A stretch of 64,000 nucleotides of DNA. Source: Eledone cirrhosa (lineage: Eukaryota). Of the stretch, positions 1-10,327 are shown in pieces. A program made the translations under genes and the position numbers. The stretch covers positions 44,144,001 to 44,208,000 of the forward strand of contig OZ024744.1 of the NCBI GenBank assembly GCA_964016885.1, written 5' to 3'. Under the pieces are notes generated by a model that was not told the origin of the DNA, made no database searches, and was given only the letters and a program-made list of their open reading frames with translations. Position 1 is the stretch's first letter. Every line of letters begins with the position of its first letter.

Positions 1-478
1 TTCATGAATGGAACAGCAACATCACAACTTACAATTAAGGACAAAATGAAAACACACACGTACATAGAACAAACAACCAACCAGTAACATGTAAATAAAC
101 AAATAAATAAACAAATATAAACACACACAGACACCCGGATGTAACACATGCGCAAACTAAGCACACAACACACACAAAAACAAGATGGCGTAGGAGAGGC
201 AGAAAAACAAAGAAAATAATCCCAGTCTCTGAAGAGGTCACAGAATGTGTGACGAAAGAACTTTGACAATATATAAACAATCATCTGGTTGTGAAACCAA
301 TGAACCAACCGGAAATTTATAAATTCCTAAATTTATAAATTTATTATAATAAATTGAAGTGAAACACTGGTGCGTGTGTTTCTTATTGGCAACATGACCC
401 TCCCAAAGTATAACAATATCGGTTTCAACACACGTTTTCAGATGAAGAATCTTGCTAAACAAATTCAGAAACGAAATA
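1..478 (+). mobile_element. Penelope-like element family A, 3' end (GIY-YIG stop codon region + pLTR)
   Basis: Matches 25670-26160 and 34230-34712; begins with codons for EWNSNITTYN*, contains an HHR motif and ends at (TA)n. Confidence 0.85.
224..268 (+). ncRNA. Hammerhead ribozyme motif (PLE-A pLTR), stem I weakened
   Basis: CTGAAGAG-gtcaca..tgtgac-GAAA-gaac-TT-tgac. Confidence 0.55.
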
Positions 479-485
479 TAGAAAT

Positions 486-518
<33 letters not shown>

Positions 519-589
519 AATATATATATATATAAATATATATATATATAAATATATATAAATATATATAAATATATATATATATATAA

Positions 590-638
<49 letters not shown>

Positions 639-711
639 AATATATATAAATATATATATATATAATTATATATGAATATATATAAATATATATAAACATA
701 TATAAATATAC

Positions 712-790
<79 letters not shown>
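479..790. repeat. (TA)n-type microsatellite
   Basis: Direct inspection. Confidence 0.95.
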
Positions 791-793
<3 letters not shown>

Positions 794-1483
794 GAATAAT
801 CGAGAATCGGAAAAACAGCTCACGAATTAACGATAAACAATATCCGATATGTGTGGCAGAGGGCTCAATAATTTGGATAAATCAGAGCTATAACCATCGT
901 TAAATTACCAACACATAGAGATTATGCCTAAAATCACACGTACAGCCGAAAAGGAACGACCAGGAAGATTCGGGTCACTCAAATAAAATATCAATAAATC
1001 AATAAATTAAATGAATGTAAAAAATTCACCCGGACCCGCTAGAAGGGTGTTAAATCTAGCTTCTTGGGTTTCTGCAATTCCTTAATCCATTCACTATCAG
1101 CCCACATAAAAAATATATAAGACTTCTAGAGAAGGACTGGACGCGGAAGAGCTTTCTCAACGGGATTCCGTCCGATAATAAAGATGGTACCCTTAGCACA
1201 TGTTACCCAGCAAGGGAGATAACCTCTACATTAGCGAAAGATTTCGGTGATGTGCAAATTATGTAAGAATACAAAATATCACATATCGAATCAGAGTGCT
1301 CAACAGACATGTTAAAATAAACAAGAGCTATTCATCAGTCAATAAGATCGACAAAAAAATAATCAATAAAATTAACTGGTCAATAGCTAAGGTCTAGAGC
1401 TAAATATAGTAGTATAATCGAGAATCGGAAAAACAGCTCCCGAATTAACGATAAACAATATCCGATATGTGTGGCAGAGGGCT

Positions 1484-1490
<7 letters not shown>
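790..1490 (-). mobile_element. ~615-bp non-coding monomer element, ~1.1 units
   Basis: ~80-bp direct repeat at 791 and 1409; reverse complement of 26283-27177; flanked by (TA)n on both sides. Strand assigned by analogy (shared end taken as 3'). Confidence 0.65.
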
Positions 1491-1554
<64 letters not shown>

Positions 1555-1979
1555 GTGTATGTATATATTTATATGTATGTATGTGTATGTGTATATATGT
1601 GTGTATTGCTTACCACGTGTGTTTGTTTATTTATTTGTGTCCTTTCCTGTATCGCTGTCAACTTAATAATAATTTTTATTTTCTTCAGTCTTATTTTATA
1701 TTTTTTATTTGTATGTGACGGCCTATTGCATTATATGGTTGTTCATGGTTTTTTATTTTTTATTATAATTAATTGTGTGCGCGTATGTAGGTGTGTATAT
1801 ATATCTATATATGTGTGTGCGTATGTATGCGTGTATATATGTGTGTATGTATGCGTGTGTATGTATGTGTATATATATATATATATATGTGTGTGTGTAT
1901 ATATGTGTGTGTTTGTGTATTTATGTGTATGTGTATGTATGGATATATATATATATATATAAGTGTATATATGTATGTG

Positions 1980-2051
<72 letters not shown>

Positions 2052-2207
2052 TGTATGTATGTGTGTGTGTATGTGTGTGTATGTGTGAGTGTGTGTTTAT
2101 CTACTTTTATATATTTTTTTCCTTTCCTTCTTCCTTTTCCAGCCTCACTTTCATATATATTATATTTTTGTTTTTAAAATCCACTGTCAATAAATACACC
2201 AGGATTT

Positions 2208-2268
2208 TTTCATTCTGATGACTGAAAGCAAATTGTGTTTGCGTTCAAGAAACCACTGGTAAATGAAA
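2208..2268 (+). ncRNA. Type I hammerhead ribozyme (family D)
   Basis: tttcatt-CTGATGA-c tgaaagcaaa..tttgcgttca a-GAAA-ccactgg-TA-aatgaaa; 7-bp stem I. Confidence 0.75.
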
Positions 2269-2385
2269 TAATTATCTTATGTTGTTTATTACATAACTAA
2301 TAAGCCCTGTAACCTACATAGAGCACTCTTTTTTCCTGGACGTTTCCGACGGAATTACTTCATACAGATATATATATATATATAT

Positions 2386-2570
2386 AAGAACAAGTATGAC
2401 CCCGGCGGCAGAGCTCAAGCCGTTTCGACGGTTATTTCAGAAATAGCCGTCGAAACGGCTTGAGCTCTGCCGTTGGGGTCATACTTGTTTCTATTACCCA
2501 CTCTACTACCCTAAGTATTGAGTACTTTGGTGCGTTATGGTCCATCTGGTTCCTTACCACAATTCCTTCG

Positions 2571-2573
<3 letters not shown>
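2386..2573. repeat. Palindromic module E (~50-bp arms + ~85-bp tail), copy 1
   Basis: aacaagtatgacccc..gacggttatttc agaaatagccgtc..ggggtcatacttgtt; other copies at 7630, 9477, 15793. Confidence 0.85.
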
Positions 2574-2648
<75 letters not shown>

Positions 2649-2691
2649 TCGATATTAATAAATGGAAACTATATTTATAAAACCATATTTA

Positions 2692-2755
2692 TTTCATTAT
2701 AATATATTTCAAGGATACCAAGTTACGTTATGGTATGCCTTCATCAGACAAAATA
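2692..2755 (-). ncRNA. Degenerate hammerhead motif (family F)
   Basis: Minus strand CTGATGA-aggcatacca..tggtatcctt-GAAA-tatat-TA; stem I poor; more decayed relatives near 20990-21030 and 22855-22915. Confidence 0.45.
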
Positions 2756-2813
2756 CAATATATAACAGTTTTATAAATAGACATTGATGTACCCCTTTAA
2801 AAATTGACCGTTG

Positions 2814-2842
<29 letters not shown>

Positions 2843-2847
<5 letters not shown>

Positions 2848-3140
2848 GTAAACATATGTATGTATTTATCTATGCATGTGTGCATAGATAAAATATTGTC
2901 ATATTTACAAAAATATTTTTCTAATATCGTGTTTAATATTTTATCTTGTCGTCTGCTTCTTTTCTCACAACATGTGGTTACTTACTGTCTCACTCTCTCT
3001 TTCTTTCCCCTCACACACAGCTTCTTCTTTCTCTCTCTTTTTGCCAGTCCCTTCTCTCACACAGCCTTCTCTCTCTCTCACTCTCTCACTCTCTCTCTTC
3101 TACTCTGTACTTCCCTTTCCTTCTCTTTCTCAATGTACCG
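2843..3140 (-). mobile_element. Helitron-1 5' non-coding module fragment
   Basis: Same sequence as 9730-10100 and 36655-36990, which run into the Helitron 5'-TC terminus. Confidence 0.6.
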
Positions 3141-3620
3141 CGTTTATCGGAGTGATGAGTAAAAACATACACACGTATACGTACAGATATAAATATACAT
3201 TTATATATTCATTTTTAGCTTTATTGTTTTACTTTATAACACCCCCTTACTACTTTTACTGTATTCTAACTTTTTTCATTTTTCATATATATTTTTATTC
3301 TTTACTTTTATTATTATATATGTATTAAAAACAAATAACGAAACGAAATTAAATTTCGTTTCGTTTGTAACTCACTTTTGTATGACTGACGCTTAAACAA
3401 TTAAGTTAAAGATGTACATCCATATATGTATACTGAAATACTAGTATGTATATGAATACACACACGTATACATATGTAGATGTACCAAGTTTTTTCACTG
3501 GTCACTTTACTGTGAGTGGCCAGCTATTCTGTATGTAAACACACAGACAAACCGGTTTTTAGAGTCATACTGGTTTTTGAGGAAACACCTTTCCTCTATT
3601 CTCCAGAAAGCCAGACAAGG

Positions 3621-3665
3621 AATATTGAACTAGTTTCGTTGTTGTTACAACTCATCAGCAATATT
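3621..3665 (-). ncRNA. Type I hammerhead ribozyme (467 family)
   Basis: aatattg-CTGATGA-gttgt aaca acaac-GAAA-ctag-TT-caatatt on minus strand. Confidence 0.9.
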
Positions 3666-4087
3666 TACCTATCTTCCGGCCTCTCTAGAGAATCGTAAAA
3701 GCACATATCGTTATATGCTTTTTCTATGAAAATTAGTAGTGGGCAGACTAATTTGCATAGAGTGTGAGTAAGTACCGGTTCAACGGAGACGATAAAAATA
3801 AATAACGAAACGAAATTAAATTTCGTTTCGTTTGTAACTCACTTTTGTATGACTGACGCTTAAACAATTAAGTTAAAGATGTACATCCATATATGTATAC
3901 TGAAATACTAGTATGTATATGAATACACACACGTATACATATGTAGATGTACCAAGTTTTTTCACTGGTCACTTTACTGTGAGTGGCCAGCTATTCTGTA
4001 TGTAAACACACAGACAAACCGGTTTTTAGAGTCATACTGGTTTTTGAGGAAACACCTTTCCTCTATTCTCCAGAAAGCCAGACAAGG

Positions 4088-4132
4088 AATATTGAACTAG
4101 TTTCGTTGTTGTTACAACTCATCAGCAATATT
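4088..4132 (-). ncRNA. Type I hammerhead ribozyme (467 family)
   Basis: Identical motif, one period (467 bp) along. Confidence 0.9.
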
Positions 4133-4545
4133 TACCTATCTTCCGGCCTCTCTAGAGAATCGTAAAAGCACATATCGTTATATGCTTTTTCTATGAAAAT
4201 TAGTAGTGGGCAGACTAATTTGCATAGAGTGTGAGTAAGTACCGGTTCAACGGAGACGATAAAAATAAATAACGAAACGAAATTAAATTTCGTTTCGTTT
4301 GTAACTCACTTTTGTATGACTGACGCTTAAACAATTAAGTTAAAGATGTACATCCATATATGTATACTGAAATACTAGTATGTATATGAATACACACACG
4401 TATACATATGTAGATGTACCAAGTTTTTTAACTTAATTGTTTAAGCGTCAGTCATACAAAAGTGAGTTACAAACGAAAGGAAATTTAATTTCGTTTCGTT
4501 ATTTGTTTTTATCGTCTCCGTTGAACCGGTACTTACTCACACTCT

Positions 4546-4553
4546 ATGCAAAT
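4546..4553 (+). promoter_or_regulatory. Octamer ATGCAAAT in 467-bp monomer
   Basis: Exact octamer ~100 nt upstream of the HHR core; positionally conserved in the diverged 420-bp monomer (30279-30286). Confidence 0.4.
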
Positions 4554-4638
4554 TAGTCTGCCCACTACTAATTTTCATAGAAAAAGCATATAACGATATG
4601 TGCTTTTACGATTCTCTAGAGAGGCCGGAAGATAGGTA

Positions 4639-4683
4639 AATATTGCTGATGAGTTGTAACAACAACGAAACTAGTTCAATATT
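4639..4683 (+). ncRNA. Type I hammerhead ribozyme (467 family)
   Basis: aatattg-CTGATGA-gttgt aaca acaac-GAAA-ctag-TT-caatatt; palindromic minimal stem III (ACTAGT). Confidence 0.9.
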
Positions 4684-5105
4684 CCTTGTCTGGCTTTCTG
4701 GAGAATAGAGGAAAGGTGTTTCCTCAAAAACCAGTATGACTCTAAAAACCGGTTTGTCTGTGTGTTTACATACAGAATAGCTGGCCACTCACAGTAAAGT
4801 GACCAGTGAAAAAACTTGGTACATCTACATATGTATACGTGTGTGTATTCATATACATACTAGTATTTCAGTATACATATATGGATGTACATCTTTAACT
4901 TAATTGTTTAAGCGTCAGTCATACAAAAGTGAGTTACAAACGAAACGAAATTTAATTTCGTTTCGTTATTTGTTTTTATCGTCTCCGTTGAACCGGTACT
5001 TACTCACACTCTATGCAAATTAGTCTGCCCACTACTAATTTTCATAGAAAAAGCATATAACGATATGTGCTTTTACGATTCTCTAGAGAGGCCGGAAGAT
5101 AGGTA

Positions 5106-5150
5106 AATATTGCTGATGAGTTGTAACAACAACGAAACTAGTTCAATATT
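5106..5150 (+). ncRNA. Type I hammerhead ribozyme (467 family)
   Basis: Identical motif, one period along. Confidence 0.9.
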
Positions 5151-5479
5151 CCTTGTCTGGCTTTCTGGAGAATAGAGGAAAGGTGTTTCCTCAAAAACCA
5201 GTATGACTCTAAAAACCGGTTTGTCTGTGTGTTTACATACAGAATAGCTGGCCACTCACAGTAAAGTGACCAGTGAAAAAACTTGGTACATCTACATATG
5301 TATACGTGTGTGTATTCATATACATACTAGTATTTCAGTATACATATATGGATGTACATCTTTAACTTAATTGTATATATGTATTATTATATATGTATTA
5401 TTATATATGTATCCATACCTTTGACATCGTCTCACTATATCACACACCCCTTACCCTTGCTCATCTTTCAAATGTTCAT

Positions 5480-5736
5480 GTATGTATGTATGTGTATATG
5501 TATATTTGTGTACGTCGCCATATATGCATGTCTGTATTTGTGTATATGTATATTTGTGTATATGTATATTTGTGTACGTCGCCATATATACATGTATGTA
5601 TTTGTGTATATGTATATTTGTGTATGTCACCATATATGCATGTATGTATATTTGTGTATATGTATATTTGTGTACGTCGCCATATATGCATGTATGTATT
5701 TGTGTATATGTATATTTGTGTACATCGCCATATATA
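5480..5736. repeat. ~44-48-bp minisatellite (tatttgtgtacgtcgccatatatg core), short copy
   Basis: Same core and same upstream 80-bp flank as 34990-36150. Confidence 0.85.
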
Positions 5737-7216
5737 CAAGAAGAAGATCAAGGAGGGAAAGGCTCATGGAGAAGATGGAGTGGCATCAGAGGTGATGAAG
5801 AGGTGTGATGTTGATGATATCATCCTGGGGTTCTGTAACCGGGAACTGGAGAAAGTAGTTGCCCCGAATCAGTGGAGGATCAGTAACATCGTCCCAGTGC
5901 CAAAGAAGGGAGATCTCTCTAACACCAACAACTACAGGGGGATCTCACTGACGTCACTTGTGGCAAAGACCCTCAACAGGATGATTCTGACCAGGATCCA
6001 GCCTGAGATGGAGAAGAAGCTCAGGGATAACCAGAACGGCTTCAGAGAGGGTAGATCAACCACCAGTCACATCCTGATGCTGAGGAGGATATTAGAGGGA
6101 GCTAGAGCAAAGTGCCTTCCTGCGGTCATGGTTTTCATTGACTTTAGGAAGGCTTTTGATTCTGTGGACCGTCACTGCTTGATGAAGATCTTACAGGCTT
6201 ATGGAATCCCCAAGAAGATAGTGGACCTGATATCACTGCTCTACACCAACACCAAAGCCCAAGTCATTACATCTGATGGGATGACAGAGTTCTTTGAGAT
6301 ACTGGCTGGAGTGCTCCAGGGAGATATGTTGGTTGCCTACCTTTTTATCATCGTAGTGGACTATTGTATGCGCCTTTCACTGGAGAAACACCAGGACTCT
6401 GGCTTTACTGTAGCACCGGCTCAGAGCAGGAGAGTTAAGGCGAAAAAGGTATCAGATGCTGAATTTGGCGACAACATAGTTTTGGTGACAAATACAGTGA
6501 AGGGGGAAGAGGATTTGATGTAGTAGGTTGAGACTGTGTCGATGAGTGTGGGGCTGAGAATGAATGAGACTAAAACAAAATATCTGGTAGAGAATGTTGA
6601 GAAGCCAGAGGGGATCACTTATGTAGGCGGGAAGCCGCTAGAATTGGTTGAGGGCTTCCTGTATTTGGGAGCAAAGATTGGGAATACGGAAGATGATGTG
6701 GTTCAGAGGAAGAGCAAAGTCTGGGTGGCATGCCACAGCTTGAGATCGGTGTGAAAGTCGCACCTTCGTAAAGACCTGAAAATCCGCCTCTTCATTGCTG
6801 TAGTGGAGTCTGTGCTGTTGTACGGATCTGAGACTTGGACACTGACCAAGAAACTCACTCGGATGGTGGATGGGTGTTACACGAGAATTCTGAGGATGGC
6901 TCTGAACATTAATCAGTATACACTGAGGATGAAAAACTCAGAGCTGTATGGGAGCCTCCCAAAAGTCAGCTCAAAAGTAACACAGAGGAGAATGAGGTTA
7001 GCTGAACATGCTCACCGACATCCAGAGTTGACATTGCACTCAGTGCTTCTGTGGGGGGCACTACATGGACACACTGGAACAGGAAGACCAAGGTTAACGT
7101 ATGCCCAAAGGACAGACACTGGTCTGTTGGAGACGCAGGACATGGCAGCGATAATGAGGGACAGAGACCGCTGGAGAGAACTCGTCCATGGATCTCGGGA
7201 ATTTTACCCGCCCTAA
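5737..7216 (+). mobile_element. 5'-truncated RTE-clade LINE, reverse transcriptase pseudogene
   Basis: VPVPKKGDL..NYRGISL, QNGFREGRST, FIDFRKAFDSV, GVLQGD, ESVLLYGSETWTLT; catalytic motif degenerate (EFGDN), stops at 6521 and 6752. Confidence 0.9.
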
Positions 7217-7628
7217 ACATATATGTATATGTGTGTTTATATGTGTGTGTGTATGTATATATTTATATGCATGTATGTGTATGTGTATATATGTGTATAT
7301 TGCTTACCACGTATGTTTGTTTATTTATTTGTGTCCTTTCCTGTATCGCTGTCAACTTAATAATAATTTTTATTTTCTTCAGTCTTATTTTATATTTTTT
7401 ATTTGTATGTGACGGCCTATTGCATTATATGGTTGTTCATGGTATTTTATTTTTTATTATAATTAATTGTGTGTGTGCGTATGTATGCGTGTATATATGT
7501 GTGTATGTATGTGTGTGTGTATGTATGTGTGTATATATATATAATTGTGTGTGTGTATATATATGTGTGTGTGTGTGTTTGTGTATTTATGTGTATGTGT
7601 ATGTATGGATATATATATATATATATAT

Positions 7629-7813
7629 AGGAACGAGTAGGACGCCGACGGCTGAACTCAAGCCATTTCGACGGCTAATTCAGTCCAGAATTAGCCGTCG
7701 AAACGGCTTGAGCTGTCGGGATCCTACTCGTTCCTATTACCCACTCTACTACCCTAAGTATTGAGTACTTTGGTGCGTTATAGTCCACCTGGTTCCTTAC
7801 CACATTTCCTTCG

Positions 7814-7816
<3 letters not shown>
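7629..7816. repeat. Palindromic module E, copy 2 (diverged variant)
   Basis: ggaacgagtagga..tcctactcgttcc; both arms carry matching variant bases. Confidence 0.85.
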
Positions 7817-7865
<49 letters not shown>

Positions 7866-8077
7866 GTTAAAGTGTACATCTACATATGTATACGGAAGTA
7901 TTAGTATGCATATAAATACACACATGTATACATATGTACATGTACTCAGCTTTTCACTAGACACTTTACAGTGAGTGTCAGCTAGTCTGTATGTAACCAC
8001 ACAGGCGGACCGGGTTTTAGAGTCATACGAGTTTTCAAGGAAACACATTTCCTCTATTCTCCAGAGGGCCAGACAGG

Positions 8078-8122
8078 AATATTGGACTAGTTTCGATGTT
8101 ATTACATCTCATCAGCAATATT
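8078..8122 (-). ncRNA. Type I hammerhead ribozyme, GUC cleavage triplet
   Basis: Reverse complement of 8404-8448. Confidence 0.9.
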
Positions 8123-8403
8123 TACCCATCTTCCGGCTTCTCTGGAGAATTGTAAAAGCACATATCGTTATATGCTTTTTCTATGAAAATTAGTAGTGGG
8201 TAGACTAATTTGCATAGAACGTGAGTTAGAAGCGAAACAAAATTTAATTTCGTTTCGTTATTTGTTTTTATCGTTTCCGCTGAACCGGTGCGTACAATGA
8301 CTCACGTTCTATGCAAATTAGTCTACCCACTACTAATTTTCATAGAAAAAGCATATAACGATATGTGCTTTTACAATTCTCCAGAGAAGCCGGAAGATGG
8401 GTA

Positions 8404-8448
8404 AATATTGCTGATGAGATGTAATAACATCGAAACTAGTCCAATATT
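8404..8448 (+). ncRNA. Type I hammerhead ribozyme, GUC cleavage triplet
   Basis: aatattg-CTGATGA-gatgt aata acatc-GAAA-ctag-TC-caatatt; compensatory stem II change relative to locus 1. Confidence 0.92.
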
Positions 8449-8741
8449 CCTGTCTGGCCCTCTGGAGAATAGAGGAAATGTGTTTCCTTGAAAACTCGTA
8501 TAACTCTAAAACCCGGTCCGCCTGTGTGGTTACATACAGACTAGCTGACACTCACTGTAAAGTGTCTAGTGAAAAGCTGAGTACATGTACATATGTATAC
8601 ATGTGTGTATTTATATGCATACTAATACTTCCGTATACATATGTAGATGTACACTTTAACTTAATTGTTTAAGCGTCAGTCATACAAAAGTGAGTTAGAA
8701 GCGAAACGAAATTTAATTTCGTTTCGTTATTTGTTTATATA

Positions 8742-8842
<101 letters not shown>

Positions 8843-9075
8843 GAATAATAGAGAAATTAATGTGAGCAAGAAGCCAACAGTAATTCAAACATATAAGTGA
8901 CTATTACGTCAAGATGGAAAATATTTAACGTAAGAAATAGGAAAATAATTCAATCTCAATTCAAAAAAAGTCAAGACAGAAATTTTATCCACAGATTTTG
9001 TCTAATCCAGGGAAAAAAATCTATAGAGTCTTAACTCAGAATAAAATTAAGGGTAAATATATATATGTATGTGTA

Positions 9076-9146
<71 letters not shown>

Positions 9147-9296
9147 ATGTATGTGTGTGTGTGTGAGTGTGTGTGTGTGTGTTTATCTACTTTTATATTT
9201 ATTCTTTTTCCTTTCCTTCTTCTTTTTCCAGCTTCACTTTCATATATATTATATTTTTGTTTTTAAAATCCACTGTCAATAAATACACCTGCATTT

Positions 9297-9357
9297 TTTC
9301 ATTCTGATGACTGAAAGCAAATTTTGTTTGCTTTCAAGAAACCACTGGTAAATGAAA
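9297..9357 (+). ncRNA. Type I hammerhead ribozyme (family D), copy 2
   Basis: tttcatt-CTGATGA-c tgaaagcaaa..tttgctttca a-GAAA-ccactgg-TA-aatgaaa; 10-bp perfect stem II. Confidence 0.8.
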
Positions 9358-9476
9358 TAATGATCTTATGTTGTTTATTACATAACTAATAAGCTCTGTA
9401 ACCTACAGAGAGCACTCTTATTTCCTGGACCTTTCCAACAGAATTACTTCACACACACATATATATATATATATAT

Positions 9477-9658
9477 AACAAGTATGACCCCGACGACAGA
9501 ACTCAAGCCGTTTCGACGGCTATTTCAGAAATAGCCGTCGAAACGGCTTGAGCTCTGCCGTCGGTGTCATACTTTTTCCTATTACACACTCTACCACCCT
9601 CAGTGTTGATTACTTTGGTGCGTTATGGTCCATCTGGTTCCTTACCACAATTCCTTCG

Positions 9659-9661
<3 letters not shown>
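9477..9661. repeat. Palindromic module E, copy 3
   Basis: Direct inspection. Confidence 0.85.
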
Positions 9662-9729
<68 letters not shown>

Positions 9730-9732
<3 letters not shown>

Positions 9733-10327
9733 GTAAACATATGTATGTATTTATCTATGCACGTATGTATATATAAAATATTGTCATATTTACAAAAATA
9801 TTTTTCTAATATCGTGTTAAATATTTTATCTTGTCGTCTGCTTCTCTTCTCACAACATCTGGTTACTTACTGTCTGACTCTCTCTTTCTTTCCCCTCTCA
9901 CACAGCCTCTTCTTTCTCTCTCTTTTTGACAGTCCCTTGTCTCACACAGCCTTTTCTCACTCACTCTCTCTCTCCCCCTTGTTTCTTTGTCTCTTTCTTT
10001 CTGTTGCTGTTTCCCTCCTATAGATATTCTCTTTCTTTCTTTTTCTGCCCCTCTCTCTCTTCTACTCTGCACTTTCTACTTCCTTCTCTTTCTCAACCGC
10101 GTTCCTGCTTACGGGAGTTCTAATGGAGATGTTTTAACGCAAAGTCACACATGTATTAGAAAAATGGCGATTATCACTTTGAAAGTAACAATTATGCAAT
10201 AAATAGTTGTTATTGACACGTCTCGCATCCTCCTTTGGCAATGTGTAAAAGTTTAGCGGGATCGGGTGAACATATCGCAAGTTATAATACTTTACACAGA
10301 CAGACAGAACGGGACTTATATAGTAGA
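9730..10327 (-). mobile_element. Helitron-1 5' terminal module of a downstream tandem unit (starts TCtactatataagtcccgttctgtctgtctgt)
   Basis: 5'-TC directly follows the CTAG end at 10328 on the minus strand; same start sequence at 37218. Confidence 0.7.

Larger units (their letters stand above)
3327..5373. mobile_element. Retrozyme-like 467-bp HHR tandem element, locus 1 (~2.4 units minus + ~2 units plus, divergent; inversion point ~4428)
   Basis: Near-identical 467-bp period (3516/3983; 4606/5073), one HHR per unit. Confidence 0.85.
7860..8735. mobile_element. 467-family retrozyme-like element, locus 2 (diverged subfamily; divergent inversion ~8221)
   Basis: Inverted arms in (TA)n, homologous to locus 1 along their length. 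Confidence 0.85.

Noticed and set aside
1270-1345. Intact hammerhead in the 610-bp monomer
   Set aside because: GAAA is replaced by GATA and no stem I partner was found; the second copy also lacks the leading C.
238-2218. Long ORFs rich in YI/CV/HT dipeptides
   Set aside because: Translations of (TA)n/(TG)n microsatellites; open in several frames on both strands.
3516-3698. Repeated 60-87 aa ORF (MASYSVCKHTDK..)
   Set aside because: Antisense to the HHR strand, GTG start, and frame not kept between subfamilies; incidental.
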